Assembly: GCA_963777605.1 (NCBI GenBank)
Contig: CAVZRV010000008.1
Location: 256,001 to 320,000, forward strand
Length of the DNA: 64,000 nucleotides
Reading direction: 5' to 3'
Source: an uncultured Acidobacteriota bacterium
Lineage (GTDB): Bacteria > Acidobacteriota > UBA6911 > RPQK01 > JAPXNP01
The notes below the pieces were generated by a model. That model had not been told where the DNA came from. It saw nothing but the letters and a program-made list of their open reading frames with translations, and searched no databases. The translations under genes and the position numbers were made by a program. This document shows positions 31,821-41,303 of this stretch, in pieces; position 1 is the first letter of the stretch; the number at the start of each line of letters is the position of its first letter.

Positions 31821-31871
31821 GTCGGTGTCGGAAGGGTCGGACCTGAACCTCCATCCCTGGATGACTGCAGT

Positions 31872-32116
31872 GTAATCCAGGCAGCCGTGCCTGGGATGTC
31901 GCCCGGGCAGCTTGCCCGGCTGAAGTGAAAAGGGGGTCAATCCAGCATTCTCGGTTTTCGGTTCGACCCGAAACAGCCCGCCACCGGAATTGAATCGCAC
32001 TTTCAGTGCTGCATTGCCACTTCTGCGCCCAATCCCGGGGCGTTGCCGCCGGGCTGGAAATGACCCTGCGCCTAATCTGGCGCCACCCGCTGTCTCCCCC
32101 TCTCAATGCTCCGCGG
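31872..32116. repeat. Dispersed ~240 bp REP/BIME-like palindromic element, copy 2
   Basis: Colinear with 18997-19240, including ccgggcagcttgcccgg and cccggggcgttgccgccgggctg palindromes; lies between convergent genes. Confidence 0.8.
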
Positions 32117-32166
32117 AAGCCGCACGGGGGAACGGGCTGGTCCCTCCCGTCCGACGTGAAACGGTT

Positions 32167-35049
32167 CTAATCTTCGTCCTCGTTCACTTCGTCTTCCGCG
32201 GGGCGGGCGGGCCATCCTGTGCGCAGGTGGTTCCAGTGCAGCATGGTGTTGAACACCAGGGCGTGGCTGCCGTGGGTTTCCCACCGCCAGAAGGGATGAA
32301 TTGCGAACATTACGACGTGCCCCTCGCCCACCGGGACATCGACGACCGCCGGCTTTCCGGCCAGTTCCCGGCCGCCGCGAAGCATCCCGCTCATGAGGAT
32401 GTCCTTCTTGGCGAAGCTCAGGACCGGGCGCGGGACCTCCTGTTTCCAGGTCTCGTCCTTGGCCCAGTCGGGAGTCGAGAACCCGCCCACGCTCTTGTCG
32501 ACGTCGAACACGGGCGACTGGCTGAAGTGAACCGCCACGTCCCCGGAATAGCCGTACACGATGGGGCTCTCCGCATCGGTTACGCCGGTCTTGAGAACCG
32601 ATCCTCGGGCCAGCAACTCGCGAGTCCGCAGGATTCGAACCCGCTGAGTCAGGGCCGTCTCGACGGCAAAGTTGCAGGTGTTGCCTTCAACGATGATGAC
32701 TCCGCCGTTGTGCACGAAGTCCGCCAGTCTTTCCAGACCTCCATATCCCATACCCTTGCGCACGTCGTCGGTCTCGTCGATGACTCCAAGACTTGGGTAC
32801 TCGTCGGAATGCCTCCACGGGATCGGATCTCCAACTTCGGTGGTCCCGGCGATCAGGCGCCGCGTATCGGCCCAGCTATTGGGAAGGATGATGACATCAA
32901 ACCGGGAAAGGTCCTCGACGGCCAGGTCCTGCTCCGACAGGTAGCTGTAGGGAACCCCAAGCCGGTCGAAAGACAGGCGCCACCAGCCCGCGTTTTGCGG
33001 CGTCACTACCCAGGTGTGGACCAGGGCGACGCGGGGAACACCGACCTCGTGGGTCGGGACGTCGGGCATTTCGTCGGCCGTTTCAACTGAAACGCCCCCA
33101 TCCCGAGCCGCCTTCTCGATCTTCTGCCGAAAACCGGCCGCATTTCCTGCCGTCGGAATGATGAACGTACCTGGGTTGTACGATTTTCCACCGAACTCGA
33201 ACGGCTTCTCAGCAGCCAGGAACTTCACATCATCAAGGCGAAACCGCAGCAGAGAGACGGCATCGTCAGTGGTCTGGTTGACCAGGTACGCGACCCCCTC
33301 CGTGTCTTCAATGGAAGGTTCCGGGCGAAGGTCCCCGGTGATCAGGTCCATCGGGACCTCGAGGACAGCGGGATCACTGATCTCCACAGCCTCCACATCT
33401 CGCAGGTAAGGAAGGGTCCATCCGGTGTCGTCGTAGGGGGGCTGGTCTGCTTCGGGGAAGTGCTGAACGCCCAGCAGAATCCTGGCCAGGGCCCGGTAGG
33501 GCTGGTCGAGACGGACAATGTAGGAGCCGGTCTCGAAGCTCCTGGCCTGGTCCTCAGTCTCCCCGCCTTCCTTCCTTTTTGACTTGGCAGTTGCGTTCTC
33601 GGTCGCCTTTTCCTCTCCGTTTTCAGCTTCCTTGCTGTCTTTGGAATCGGCTTTCTTCGCGGGCGTGAATGAGTCCCGGAGCCGGTGCACTTCGAGGCCC
33701 TGTTGCCGGAGCAGGTTGACAAGGTCAATGGTCGCCAGGGGTCGCTTCTGCTGGGCAGGGAAGATGAACGCGTGCGGTGCTTCCTCTTTCCCCTTCCGGA
33801 TGGCGCCGCTGCTCTTCTTCCAGAAGTCATCGAGGAAGCGGGCTCGATTGCGGGCGACGTAGTTGAGAGCGGTGAGAAGGGCTGTCTCCTGGTAATTGAT
33901 GTTGTTCCGGAAGGACCAGAGCGCCTTTTTCAGCGGCGGGTTGGTCCGGTACCACTCCCGGGAAGTCGATCGCTTGGGGAGTTTTCTCTCCTTGGTTTCG
34001 GGAATCGAGTTTCCGAAGGTCTCGTAGAAACGCCCGATCGAGTTGCGATTGTTGGCGATCCAGAGCAGGTAGTTGCCTGCCCATCCAGTGTAGAAGCCGT
34101 GTGTCCACGCTCCCGGCATGCCGAAACTCGTCAGCGCCGAGACCTCTTCGTGGGCCAGGGTGTGCCATTCATTCACGGTAATGGCGTCGATGTTCTCGTT
34201 GTAGGGTCCGGTTCCGGTGGAGATGTAGAGGTAGGGGACCGATTCATGCAGATCGTGTCCGACGGTCGGCTTCCAGTAGAGAAATCCGCTCAGGATGTTC
34301 CGGGTCAGCGCCAGGGCCAGGCCGAATCCGTCCCGGTTGTTGTCGTGGGCCACGTAGTGTCCCCAGTAGACCAGGGGAGGTCCCACATCGTTGTGCGCCT
34401 TACGATAGTTGTAGACATCGACCATCCGGTCGCGCCCGTCGGGTTCGGCGACGGGGACGATCACCGTGATCACATTCTCGCGGATGTTGCGGATCAGGTC
34501 GGAGTCTTCGACTGCAAGCCTGTAGGCCAGCTCCATGAGCATTTCCGGACTTCCGGTTTCGGGGGAATGAAGGCCGCCGGTCACGTAGTAAACGGGCTTC
34601 CCGAGCCGGACGATCTCGTCTTTTTCGTCCGCGGGGAGGCCGCGCGGATCGGCCAGCCGGTTGAGGTAGTTGCGGTACTTCTCCAGGTCCCGGATGGTCG
34701 CTTCGTCAGCCACGATGACCTCGATCATTTCCCGGTCTTCCTCGGTGTGCCCGATCGATCGAATCTTCACCCGGTTGGATGCTTCATCGAGAGCCCTCAT
34801 GTACCCGTAGATCTCGTTGACGCGGTGCAGTTGGTCGGGGGCTCCAACAATCCGGCCGAAGTGGTCGAGCGGCGACGGCACCGTGTCAGAAGCAGGAAGG
34901 TGGTCCACGAGTTCGCTCAAAAACCGGGATTCGGTAGTGAACTGACGAATCTGCGAGTCGTAGTCGCCACCGCCCTGGCCAAACGCGGAGGTCAGAAAGA
35001 AAAACAATGAACAAAGGCAAACCAAATGTGCGGCCCGGAGCAATCGCAT
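32167..35049 (-). CDS. M14 family zinc carboxypeptidase-like secreted protein
   Basis: Signal peptide, zinc motif HSPE, HDNNRD, DLHES; C-terminal glutamine-amidotransferase-like domain; GAGGAG before ATG at 35049. Confidence 0.88.
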   Translation of the reverse strand: MRLLRAAHLVCLCSLFFFLTSAFGQGGGDYDSQIRQFTTESRFLSELVDHLPASDTVPSPLDHFGRIVGAPDQLHRVNEIYGYMRALDEASNRVKIRSIGHTEEDREMIEVIVADEATIRDLEKYRNYLNRLADPRGLPADEKDEIVRLGKPVYYVTGGLHSPETGSPEMLMELAYRLAVEDSDLIRNIRENVITVIVPVAEPDGRDRMVDVYNYRKAHNDVGPPLVYWGHYVAHDNNRDGFGLALALTRNILSGFLYWKPTVGHDLHESVPYLYISTGTGPYNENIDAITVNEWHTLAHEEVSALTSFGMPGAWTHGFYTGWAGNYLLWIANNRNSIGRFYETFGNSIPETKERKLPKRSTSREWYRTNPPLKKALWSFRNNINYQETALLTALNYVARNRARFLDDFWKKSSGAIRKGKEEAPHAFIFPAQQKRPLATIDLVNLLRQQGLEVHRLRDSFTPAKKADSKDSKEAENGEEKATENATAKSKRKEGGETEDQARSFETGSYIVRLDQPYRALARILLGVQHFPEADQPPYDDTGWTLPYLRDVEAVEISDPAVLEVPMDLITGDLRPEPSIEDTEGVAYLVNQTTDDAVSLLRFRLDDVKFLAAEKPFEFGGKSYNPGTFIIPTAGNAAGFRQKIEKAARDGGVSVETADEMPDVPTHEVGVPRVALVHTWVVTPQNAGWWRLSFDRLGVPYSYLSEQDLAVEDLSRFDVIILPNSWADTRRLIAGTTEVGDPIPWRHSDEYPSLGVIDETDDVRKGMGYGGLERLADFVHNGGVIIVEGNTCNFAVETALTQRVRILRTRELLARGSVLKTGVTDAESPIVYGYSGDVAVHFSQSPVFDVDKSVGGFSTPDWAKDETWKQEVPRPVLSFAKKDILMSGMLRGGRELAGKPAVVDVPVGEGHVVMFAIHPFWRWETHGSHALVFNTMLHWNHLRTGWPARPAEDEVNEDED

Positions 35050-35234
35050 GTTCGCTCTCCTCATCCCGGTTCAATACATCGTTCCCGAAAGCACCCAACA
35101 GAATAGCCGGGATATCGGGCCGAGGCCAGCGTCAATCGACAGCACAACGGCAGGAAGGACTGGAAGCGTTGTAATATCTATGACGATGTCTTGGGGAACC
35201 GGCTTGGTTACTTCTCCTACCTCCAGGTGCGGGC

Positions 35235-36455
35235 ATGAATGAAGCCTGCCCGCGGTTGCGTTACCTGGAGGCCTTCCCGATCACCGAGGAGGGTCGGAAT
35301 GCGATCCTTTTGAGAGACCCGTGGCAGATCGCCGAGCGGGCGATTGTCGTCACTCCAGAGCTCTACGCCCTTCTGGCAATGTTGGATGGAACGAACTCTC
35401 TGCGGGACTTGCAGGCGGAACTGAGCCGTCGTTCGGGTCAGCTGGTATACGAGGAACAGGTCCAGGGAATCCTCGATCAGCTTGACGAATTCCTGTTCCT
35501 GGACAATGAGCATTTCCATGGGGAGAAACGGCGCCTGCTGAGGGAGTTCCGGGCGGAAAGGATCAGGTACCCTGCTCACGCCGGCGCCGGTTATCCGGAA
35601 TCTGGCGAAGAACTCCGCCAGTTGCTTGATTCGTTTTACACTGACCCGTCGGGCGCGGGTCGCCCCGACGCCGGCTCAGGGAAGGAGACCCGGGCTATCG
35701 TCGTTCCTCACATCGACCTCCGCCTGGGCGGGCCGACCTATACCCATGCCTACCGGCGTCTCGGTGAGGGAGAAGCTGCGGATGTCTTCGTGATCCTGGG
35801 AATTGGCCATATGGGATTGCCCAGGCCCTTTTCCATCGGTCGGAAAGATTTTCAGACACCGCTCGATCTGGCATCGTTCGACCGGGAGTTTGTTGCGGCA
35901 CTTGGCCGAATCCTGGGTCCGGAGACCTTTGCCGAAGAATTGAATCATCGCCTTGAACACACGGTGGAGTTCCAGGTCCTCTTCTTGCAGCACCTCTACC
36001 CGGATCGGGCCTTTGACATCGTTCCGATTCTGACCAGCTTCTCCTACGAGGATCTGGAGGATCCGAAGACGGCCGGGGATGTCGAGCAGTTCAGTTCCGC
36101 CTTGCGCGAAGTGGCACAGCAGTCTGGTCGTCGAGTCTGTTTCGTGGTCAGCGTGGACCTCGCCCACCTTGGGCCCCGCTACGGAGATCGGGTCGCTCCC
36201 GACGCGCGCGCGATCCGCGAATCACTTGCGGCGGACCTGGAAGTGCTCGGGTCGGTTGCGGATGGAGACCCGTCCGGGTTTCTCCGCCGGATCCGTGACG
36301 AAGAGGATCGTCGGCGCACCTGCGGATTCTCGGCGATCTACACGTTGCTGAAGACGTATCCAAACCTGAGAGGAGAACTGCTCGCGCACAGCCATTGCCA
36401 GATTGACGACTCCGGCTCGATTGTTTCCTATGCCAGTCTGGCATTCCCGGCTTGA
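35235..36455 (+). CDS. MEMO1 / AmmeMemoRadiSam system protein B with N-terminal extension
   Basis: PAHAGAGYP, VVPHID, GIGH, EHTVEFQVLFLQ, SVDLAHLG, TCG, SIVSYAS. Confidence 0.88.
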   Translation: MNEACPRLRYLEAFPITEEGRNAILLRDPWQIAERAIVVTPELYALLAMLDGTNSLRDLQAELSRRSGQLVYEEQVQGILDQLDEFLFLDNEHFHGEKRRLLREFRAERIRYPAHAGAGYPESGEELRQLLDSFYTDPSGAGRPDAGSGKETRAIVVPHIDLRLGGPTYTHAYRRLGEGEAADVFVILGIGHMGLPRPFSIGRKDFQTPLDLASFDREFVAALGRILGPETFAEELNHRLEHTVEFQVLFLQHLYPDRAFDIVPILTSFSYEDLEDPKTAGDVEQFSSALREVAQQSGRRVCFVVSVDLAHLGPRYGDRVAPDARAIRESLAADLEVLGSVADGDPSGFLRRIRDEEDRRRTCGFSAIYTLLKTYPNLRGELLAHSHCQIDDSGSIVSYASLAFPA

Positions 36456-36496
36456 TTTCAGTTCTCGTCTCCGTCATTCGAACAAGGATCTTGATA

Positions 36497-37750
36497 ATGA
36501 GTCATTCCAATCGACGAGATTTTCTCGGCGGAATTGCCATGGCCGGCGCCGCGGGCGCCCTCAACGCAAATGCCCAGCCGGGCGATGCTGTTCGAGGTCC
36601 ACTGCAGGATGGCTCATTTGACCGAAAGGTCTGGATTGAAGTTGCCACCAGGCTGGCCTATCCGGTGCTCGAAAACCTGGCCCGCGGGGAATTTTCGAAG
36701 AAGTTCCCGGCCGAGGGGGAACGTGCCCCGTTTGCCGCCCTGGAAACGTTTGGCAGGCTCATGTGCGGAGTCGCTCCGTGGATTGAACTCGGAGGCGACG
36801 GCAGCGAAGAAGGGAATCAGCGGGTCCACACGGCTCTGCTCGCCCGAACGGCTCTGGCGATGGCAGTTGATCCCAACTCCCCCGATTTCATGAACTTCAC
36901 CAAGGGAGCCCAGCCCCTGGTCGATGCCGCCTTCCTGGCCCAGGCAGTGCTGCGGGCGCCGGTTCAGCTCTGGCAGGGACTCGATGGACGGACGCAGGGG
37001 AACCTGATCACTGCCCTGCTCTCCACTCGCTCGATCATTCCCTACCAGAACAACTGGCTGCTGTTCAGCGCCATGATCGAAGCCCTTCTCTACAAGCTTG
37101 GCCTTCAGGCCGACCTGATGCGGATCGATCTTGCACTCCGCACGATGGAAAGCTGGTACCTGGGGGATGGAATCTACGGGGATGGACCAGATTTCCACTG
37201 GGACTACTACAACAGCTACGTGATCCAGCCCTTCATGCTCGACATCTTTGAAGCCGTCCAGTACGTTGGCCGGGATTTGCCGGGTCGCTATGCCCTGGCC
37301 CGAAAGATCTCCTCACGCTACGCCGCCATCCAGGAGCGGTTGATCTCACCCGAAGGCACCTACCCTCCCATTGGGCGGTCGATCGTTTACCGGTTCGGGG
37401 CTTTCCAGCTCCTTTCCCAGATGGCCCTCCGAAATGAACTGCCTCCCGGGGTCAGCCCCGCCCAGGTACGAAGTGGCCTGACCGCGGTCATTCGTCGCCA
37501 GATGTCGGCACCGGGCACGTTCGACGACGCGGGGTGGCTGAATATCGGGTTCGCCGGGAACCAGCCTTCCCTGGGAGAGGGATACATTTCGAGGGGAAGC
37601 GGCTACCTCTGCGCCGCCGGGTTGCTCGCACTCGGACTTCCCGCGTCCCACCCGTTCTGGTCCGGTCCTGGACAGCCATGGACCGCTCTCAAAATGTGGT
37701 CCGGTCAGGACATGCCCCGCGATATCGGCCTCTACGGACGAAACCCCTAG
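36497..37750 (+). CDS. DUF2264 family protein with Tat signal
   Basis: SNRRDFLG leader; LETFGRLMCGVAPW, QPLVDAAFLA, NNWLLFSAM, WYLGDGIYGDG, GRSIVYR, YISRGSGYL. Confidence 0.88.
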   Translation: MSHSNRRDFLGGIAMAGAAGALNANAQPGDAVRGPLQDGSFDRKVWIEVATRLAYPVLENLARGEFSKKFPAEGERAPFAALETFGRLMCGVAPWIELGGDGSEEGNQRVHTALLARTALAMAVDPNSPDFMNFTKGAQPLVDAAFLAQAVLRAPVQLWQGLDGRTQGNLITALLSTRSIIPYQNNWLLFSAMIEALLYKLGLQADLMRIDLALRTMESWYLGDGIYGDGPDFHWDYYNSYVIQPFMLDIFEAVQYVGRDLPGRYALARKISSRYAAIQERLISPEGTYPPIGRSIVYRFGAFQLLSQMALRNELPPGVSPAQVRSGLTAVIRRQMSAPGTFDDAGWLNIGFAGNQPSLGEGYISRGSGYLCAAGLLALGLPASHPFWSGPGQPWTALKMWSGQDMPRDIGLYGRNP

Positions 37751-37757
37751 AGCAACA

Positions 37758-39123
37758 TCACAAATGTCCGCATATCCGCCTTGCCAGGGCAGGAATATCG
37801 AGCCCTGAGAAATTGCCCGACGACATCATGAGGAGGTTCCGGTTGTTCCAGTCGAGTCCCTCGATGTGACTTGCCACTGCACCGATCTCGGTAAAAACCT
37901 GGACCTTCTCCGAACCGAAAGACCTGGCGACTTCACCCGGGTCCAGGCGGGGAAGGCGCTTGTGCTGCGACGGTGTGCGGGTCAAAGTAGACCAGGGCCT
38001 CTTCGGCCGCGTCGAGCGATCCCCGGTAGAGTTCCAGAAAGGACGCGGTCAGACTGCTGAAGGTGTGCAACTCGAGACAGGCAACCAGGCTTCGACCAGG
38101 AAAGGTATCCTTGACCGCCTGTGTCGTCGCCCAGACCTTCGAAGGTGAGTGGGCGAAGTCGAGAAAGACGGCGCAGTCGCTGGTTTCGAGGACCCGATTG
38201 AGGCGCCGTGCCGCCCCGGGGAAGCTGGTGATGGCCTGGTAGAAGTGCTCGTCGCTGATACCCAGGGCCCGGCAGACCTCCCAGGCGGCCGAGATATTCT
38301 CCATGTTGTGGCGCCCGATGAGCGGCGACTCCACGTGCCCCCATTCCGTTATGAGTTGGAACTTCCCCCCCGATGGGAGATAGGGATGAGCCGGGTAGGG
38401 AACGGCTTGGCAGGGAGTATCTGTCGAATTCACGAGGGTGGCCAGTTCATGGTCGCTTCCGTAATAGAAAAGGGTCCCCTGCTCGTCGAGTTGCCCGATG
38501 AAATCCCTGAAGGCTTCCCGGTACGTGTCAAAGGTGGGGAAGACGTTGATGTGGTCCCAAGCGATCCCCGTGATGACGGCGATGTTCGGCCTGTAGAGCA
38601 GGAACTTGGGGCGACGGTCGATTGCCGAGGCGAGGTACTCGTCCCCCTCGAAGACGGCTACTTTGGAGTCGTCGGACAGGCCGACCATGGTGGAAAAGCC
38701 CTCGAGTTGGGAACCGACCAGGTAATCGAACGGTATCCCGACGCTGCGGAGCACGTGCATGATCAGCGATGTGACGGTCGTCTTTCCATGGCTTCCAGCG
38801 ACTACGACCCGGGTTTTGTACCGGGTCTGCTCATACATGTACTCGGGAAAGGACTGAATCTTCAATCCCAGTTCGAGAGCCCGGACCAGTTCGGGATTGT
38901 CGGCCCGGGCATGCATCCCCAGGATCACGACATCCAGATCCGGCGTGATCCGGCTCGAGTCCCAGCCCATGGATTCGGGAAGCAGTCCGGCGGCTTCAAG
39001 CCGCGATCGGGAAGGTTCGGAGATCTCGTCATCCGAACCGGTCACCCGGTAGCCTTTTTGTTTCAGAGCCAGTGCCAGGTTGTGCATCACGGCCCCACCG
39101 ACGGCGATAAAGTGTACGCGCAT
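37758..39123 (-). CDS. mpl: Mur ligase of the Mpl/MurC type, frameshifted near 37965
   Basis: HFIAVGGAVMHNLA, AGSHGKTT, EGDEY, DHINVF, DFAHSP; C-terminus (HKRLPRL...LLMMSSGNFSG) continues in another frame to 37758. Confidence 0.8.
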
Positions 39124-39131
39124 AGAAGAAC

Positions 39132-39173
39132 ATTTTAGATTTTCGTTTTTTGATTTGCGATTTTTGGTTTTCT
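39132..39173. repeat. Heptamer tandem repeat (ATTTTCG-like) x5-6
   Basis: attttag attttcg ttttttg atttgcg atttttg gttttct. Confidence 0.7.
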
Positions 39174-39215
39174 TGGAGCGCGCGAACCGACAGGTCCGCC
39201 TGCGGCTGTCGCCTC

Positions 39216-39250
39216 TTGACAGGTGGTGAATAAAAGGTGAAAATCAATCC
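39216..39250 (+). promoter_or_regulatory. sigma70-type promoter of the imu cassette with overlapping direct-repeat operator
   Basis: TTGACA (39216-39221), 17 bp, GAAAAT (39239-39244), 6 nt, ATG; GGTGAA repeated at 39225 and 39236. Confidence 0.6.
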
Positions 39251-40075
39251 ATGTCTCAGCCGTCGATTCCCCTTGACCTGTTTCCGTCTCCGACCGAAAA
39301 CAGCCTGCCGGTCGAGCAGAAAGCTGCCCCTAAGGCTGACCTCGACGCACTGCGCCTGCAGGTTGGTCGCTACGAATCGAGCGGTTTTTTGCCGACCGGT
39401 CTGGACGACCTGGATCGCCTGCTGAAGGGAGGGATTCCACGGGGAAAGTTGGTGGAAATCACAGGAAGCCTGTCCAGCGGCAAGACCAGCCTGCTCATGT
39501 CTATCCTGATGAAAGCGACCCGGGAAGAGGAGTTCGTTGCCTATGTTGACACCTTCAACAGCCTGGACCCGGACAGTGCGCTGAAAGCGGGGGTGAACCT
39601 GGCACGGTTGCTCTGGATCCGCTGCCGCAAGACTGATGAACCTCTGAACGCCGCCCTGAAAAAGGCTCTCAAGGCAGCCGACATTCTGGCCCAGGCGGGT
39701 GGTTTCGGGGTGATCGCCCTGGATCTTCAGCCTGCGGAGGAGCAGCGCAATTGCCGGGTTCCGCTGCAGTCCTGGTTTCGTCTGCAGCGGGCATTGAAGG
39801 GAACTCCCTCCACGATCCTGGTGATTGCCCCTTTTCGGACGGCCGGAAGCGCTGCATCACTGGCCCTTTCTCTCGAACGGCGGAACAGTCGCTGGTCCCA
39901 CCAGGGTTCTCGATCCGCCAGTGTCCGGTTTCGTGTAGAAGCATCCGAATTGACCGGTTCCGCGGCACAGGTTCCGTTTTCCACGACAGGCAATAGTCTT
40001 CAGGGTCTGGAAACCCAAGCCCAGCTTCTGAGAGGTATGCCCGGTGGCACGGTCCCGGTTTATTGCAGTTTTTAG
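39251..40075 (+). CDS. imuA: RecA-like ImuA-type protein
   Basis: PTGLDDLDRLLKGGIPRGKLVEITG..SSGKT, AYVDTFNSLDP, AGVNLARLLWIR, GGFGVIALD; first gene of the imu cassette. Confidence 0.8.
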   Translation: MSQPSIPLDLFPSPTENSLPVEQKAAPKADLDALRLQVGRYESSGFLPTGLDDLDRLLKGGIPRGKLVEITGSLSSGKTSLLMSILMKATREEEFVAYVDTFNSLDPDSALKAGVNLARLLWIRCRKTDEPLNAALKKALKAADILAQAGGFGVIALDLQPAEEQRNCRVPLQSWFRLQRALKGTPSTILVIAPFRTAGSAASLALSLERRNSRWSHQGSRSASVRFRVEASELTGSAAQVPFSTTGNSLQGLETQAQLLRGMPGGTVPVYCSF

Positions 40076-41303
40076 TTCCGAACCCCGGCGATTGTTCGCT
40101 GTCGCCGAGATGCTGGCTCCCCGGGTGGAAGTCTGCGCTCCGGACGGACTGGTCCTGAAAGTTCCGCCCCGTTACGAGCAGGACACCTTGAATCGCCTGG
40201 GTGAGCTGACCGGACGGGACGTCCGAATCGGAGGCGGGTCGAGCCGAACGGTCGCAATTCTGGCAGCCAGATTCGCGTCTGGAACTATCCTGGGGCCGGG
40301 GAAAGAAGCCGGCTTTGTCGCGGCTCTGCCGTTCGATGCGCTGGTCGAGTGTGGGGAACTCGACACCCGGATTCTCTCCACCCTGAGGGACTGGGGGATT
40401 CGGACACTGGGGGAACTTGCGTCTCTGCCCCACAATGCACTGGTGGCTCGATTGGGACAGAAAGGGGTTGCGCTGCAAAGCCTGGCCCGGGGGGAAGACA
40501 GTGAATTCTTTCCCCTCTACCGGCCCCAACCCGAATTTCGCGAAGAGCAGAACCTGGAGTGGACCATCAACCTGCTGGAACCGCTGGTTTTCCTGATCGG
40601 CGGGATGCTGGCGAGCTTGTGCGGACGCCTGCGCAGTCAGGGGCTGGCAGTTGAATCGATCCTGACCCGGTTCCAATTGAGCAATGGTTCCCTGTTCGAA
40701 CGGTCACTTTGTCTGGCTCTCCCGATGCAGGATCCCCACGCGATTCTTTCTCTGATCAGGCTCGACCTGCAGACCAACCCGCCACGGGCTGGGGTCACAG
40801 CGATTTCGCTCCAGGCGATACCCGGACGACCTCGGATCTTTCAGCATTCCCTGCTCCGCCCTACGGCGCCTCAACCGGAGAAACTCGCCCAGACCCTGAC
40901 CCGTCTCAAAGCCATTGCCGGAGCGGAGAACGTGGGCAGTCCGAGGATCCTGGACACTTACCGTCCCGACGCCGTTCGGATGGAGGAACTGTGCCTGGAC
41001 CCGTCTCCCCGGGCCGCCGCACGGGAGCGGCACCACCAGACGCCTCTCGCCGTTCGCCCGCAAGGAACCAGTCGGCTGACTCTGCGGAGGCTGCGTCCGC
41101 CGCGTCCCGTGGACCTGCACAACGAGCAGATCCTGTCGTGCGCCGGCCCCTGGCGGTCTTCGGGGGACTGGTGGACCAACTGCGACAACGACTCCTCCTG
41201 GTCCCGGGATGAATGGGACATCGAGCGTCCCGACGGAGTCATTTACCGGGTCTTCTGGGACCACCAGAACAGCCAGTGGTTCATGGAGGGGATCTATGAC
41301 TGA
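40044..41303 (+). CDS. imuB: ImuB-like inactive Y-family DNA polymerase
   Basis: WGIRTLGELA.L...L.ARLG, LARGED, LEPLVF, C-terminal GPWRSSGDWW...RDEWD...WFMEGIYD. Confidence 0.85.
   Translation: MARSRFIAVFSSEPRRLFAVAEMLAPRVEVCAPDGLVLKVPPRYEQDTLNRLGELTGRDVRIGGGSSRTVAILAARFASGTILGPGKEAGFVAALPFDALVECGELDTRILSTLRDWGIRTLGELASLPHNALVARLGQKGVALQSLARGEDSEFFPLYRPQPEFREEQNLEWTINLLEPLVFLIGGMLASLCGRLRSQGLAVESILTRFQLSNGSLFERSLCLALPMQDPHAILSLIRLDLQTNPPRAGVTAISLQAIPGRPRIFQHSLLRPTAPQPEKLAQTLTRLKAIAGAENVGSPRILDTYRPDAVRMEELCLDPSPRAAARERHHQTPLAVRPQGTSRLTLRRLRPPRPVDLHNEQILSCAGPWRSSGDWWTNCDNDSSWSRDEWDIERPDGVIYRVFWDHQNSQWFMEGIYD

Noticed and set aside
39251-40075. Calling this gene recA
   Set aside because: Too short and divergent, lacks RecA C-terminal motifs, and sits directly before imuB-dnaE2, the ImuA position.
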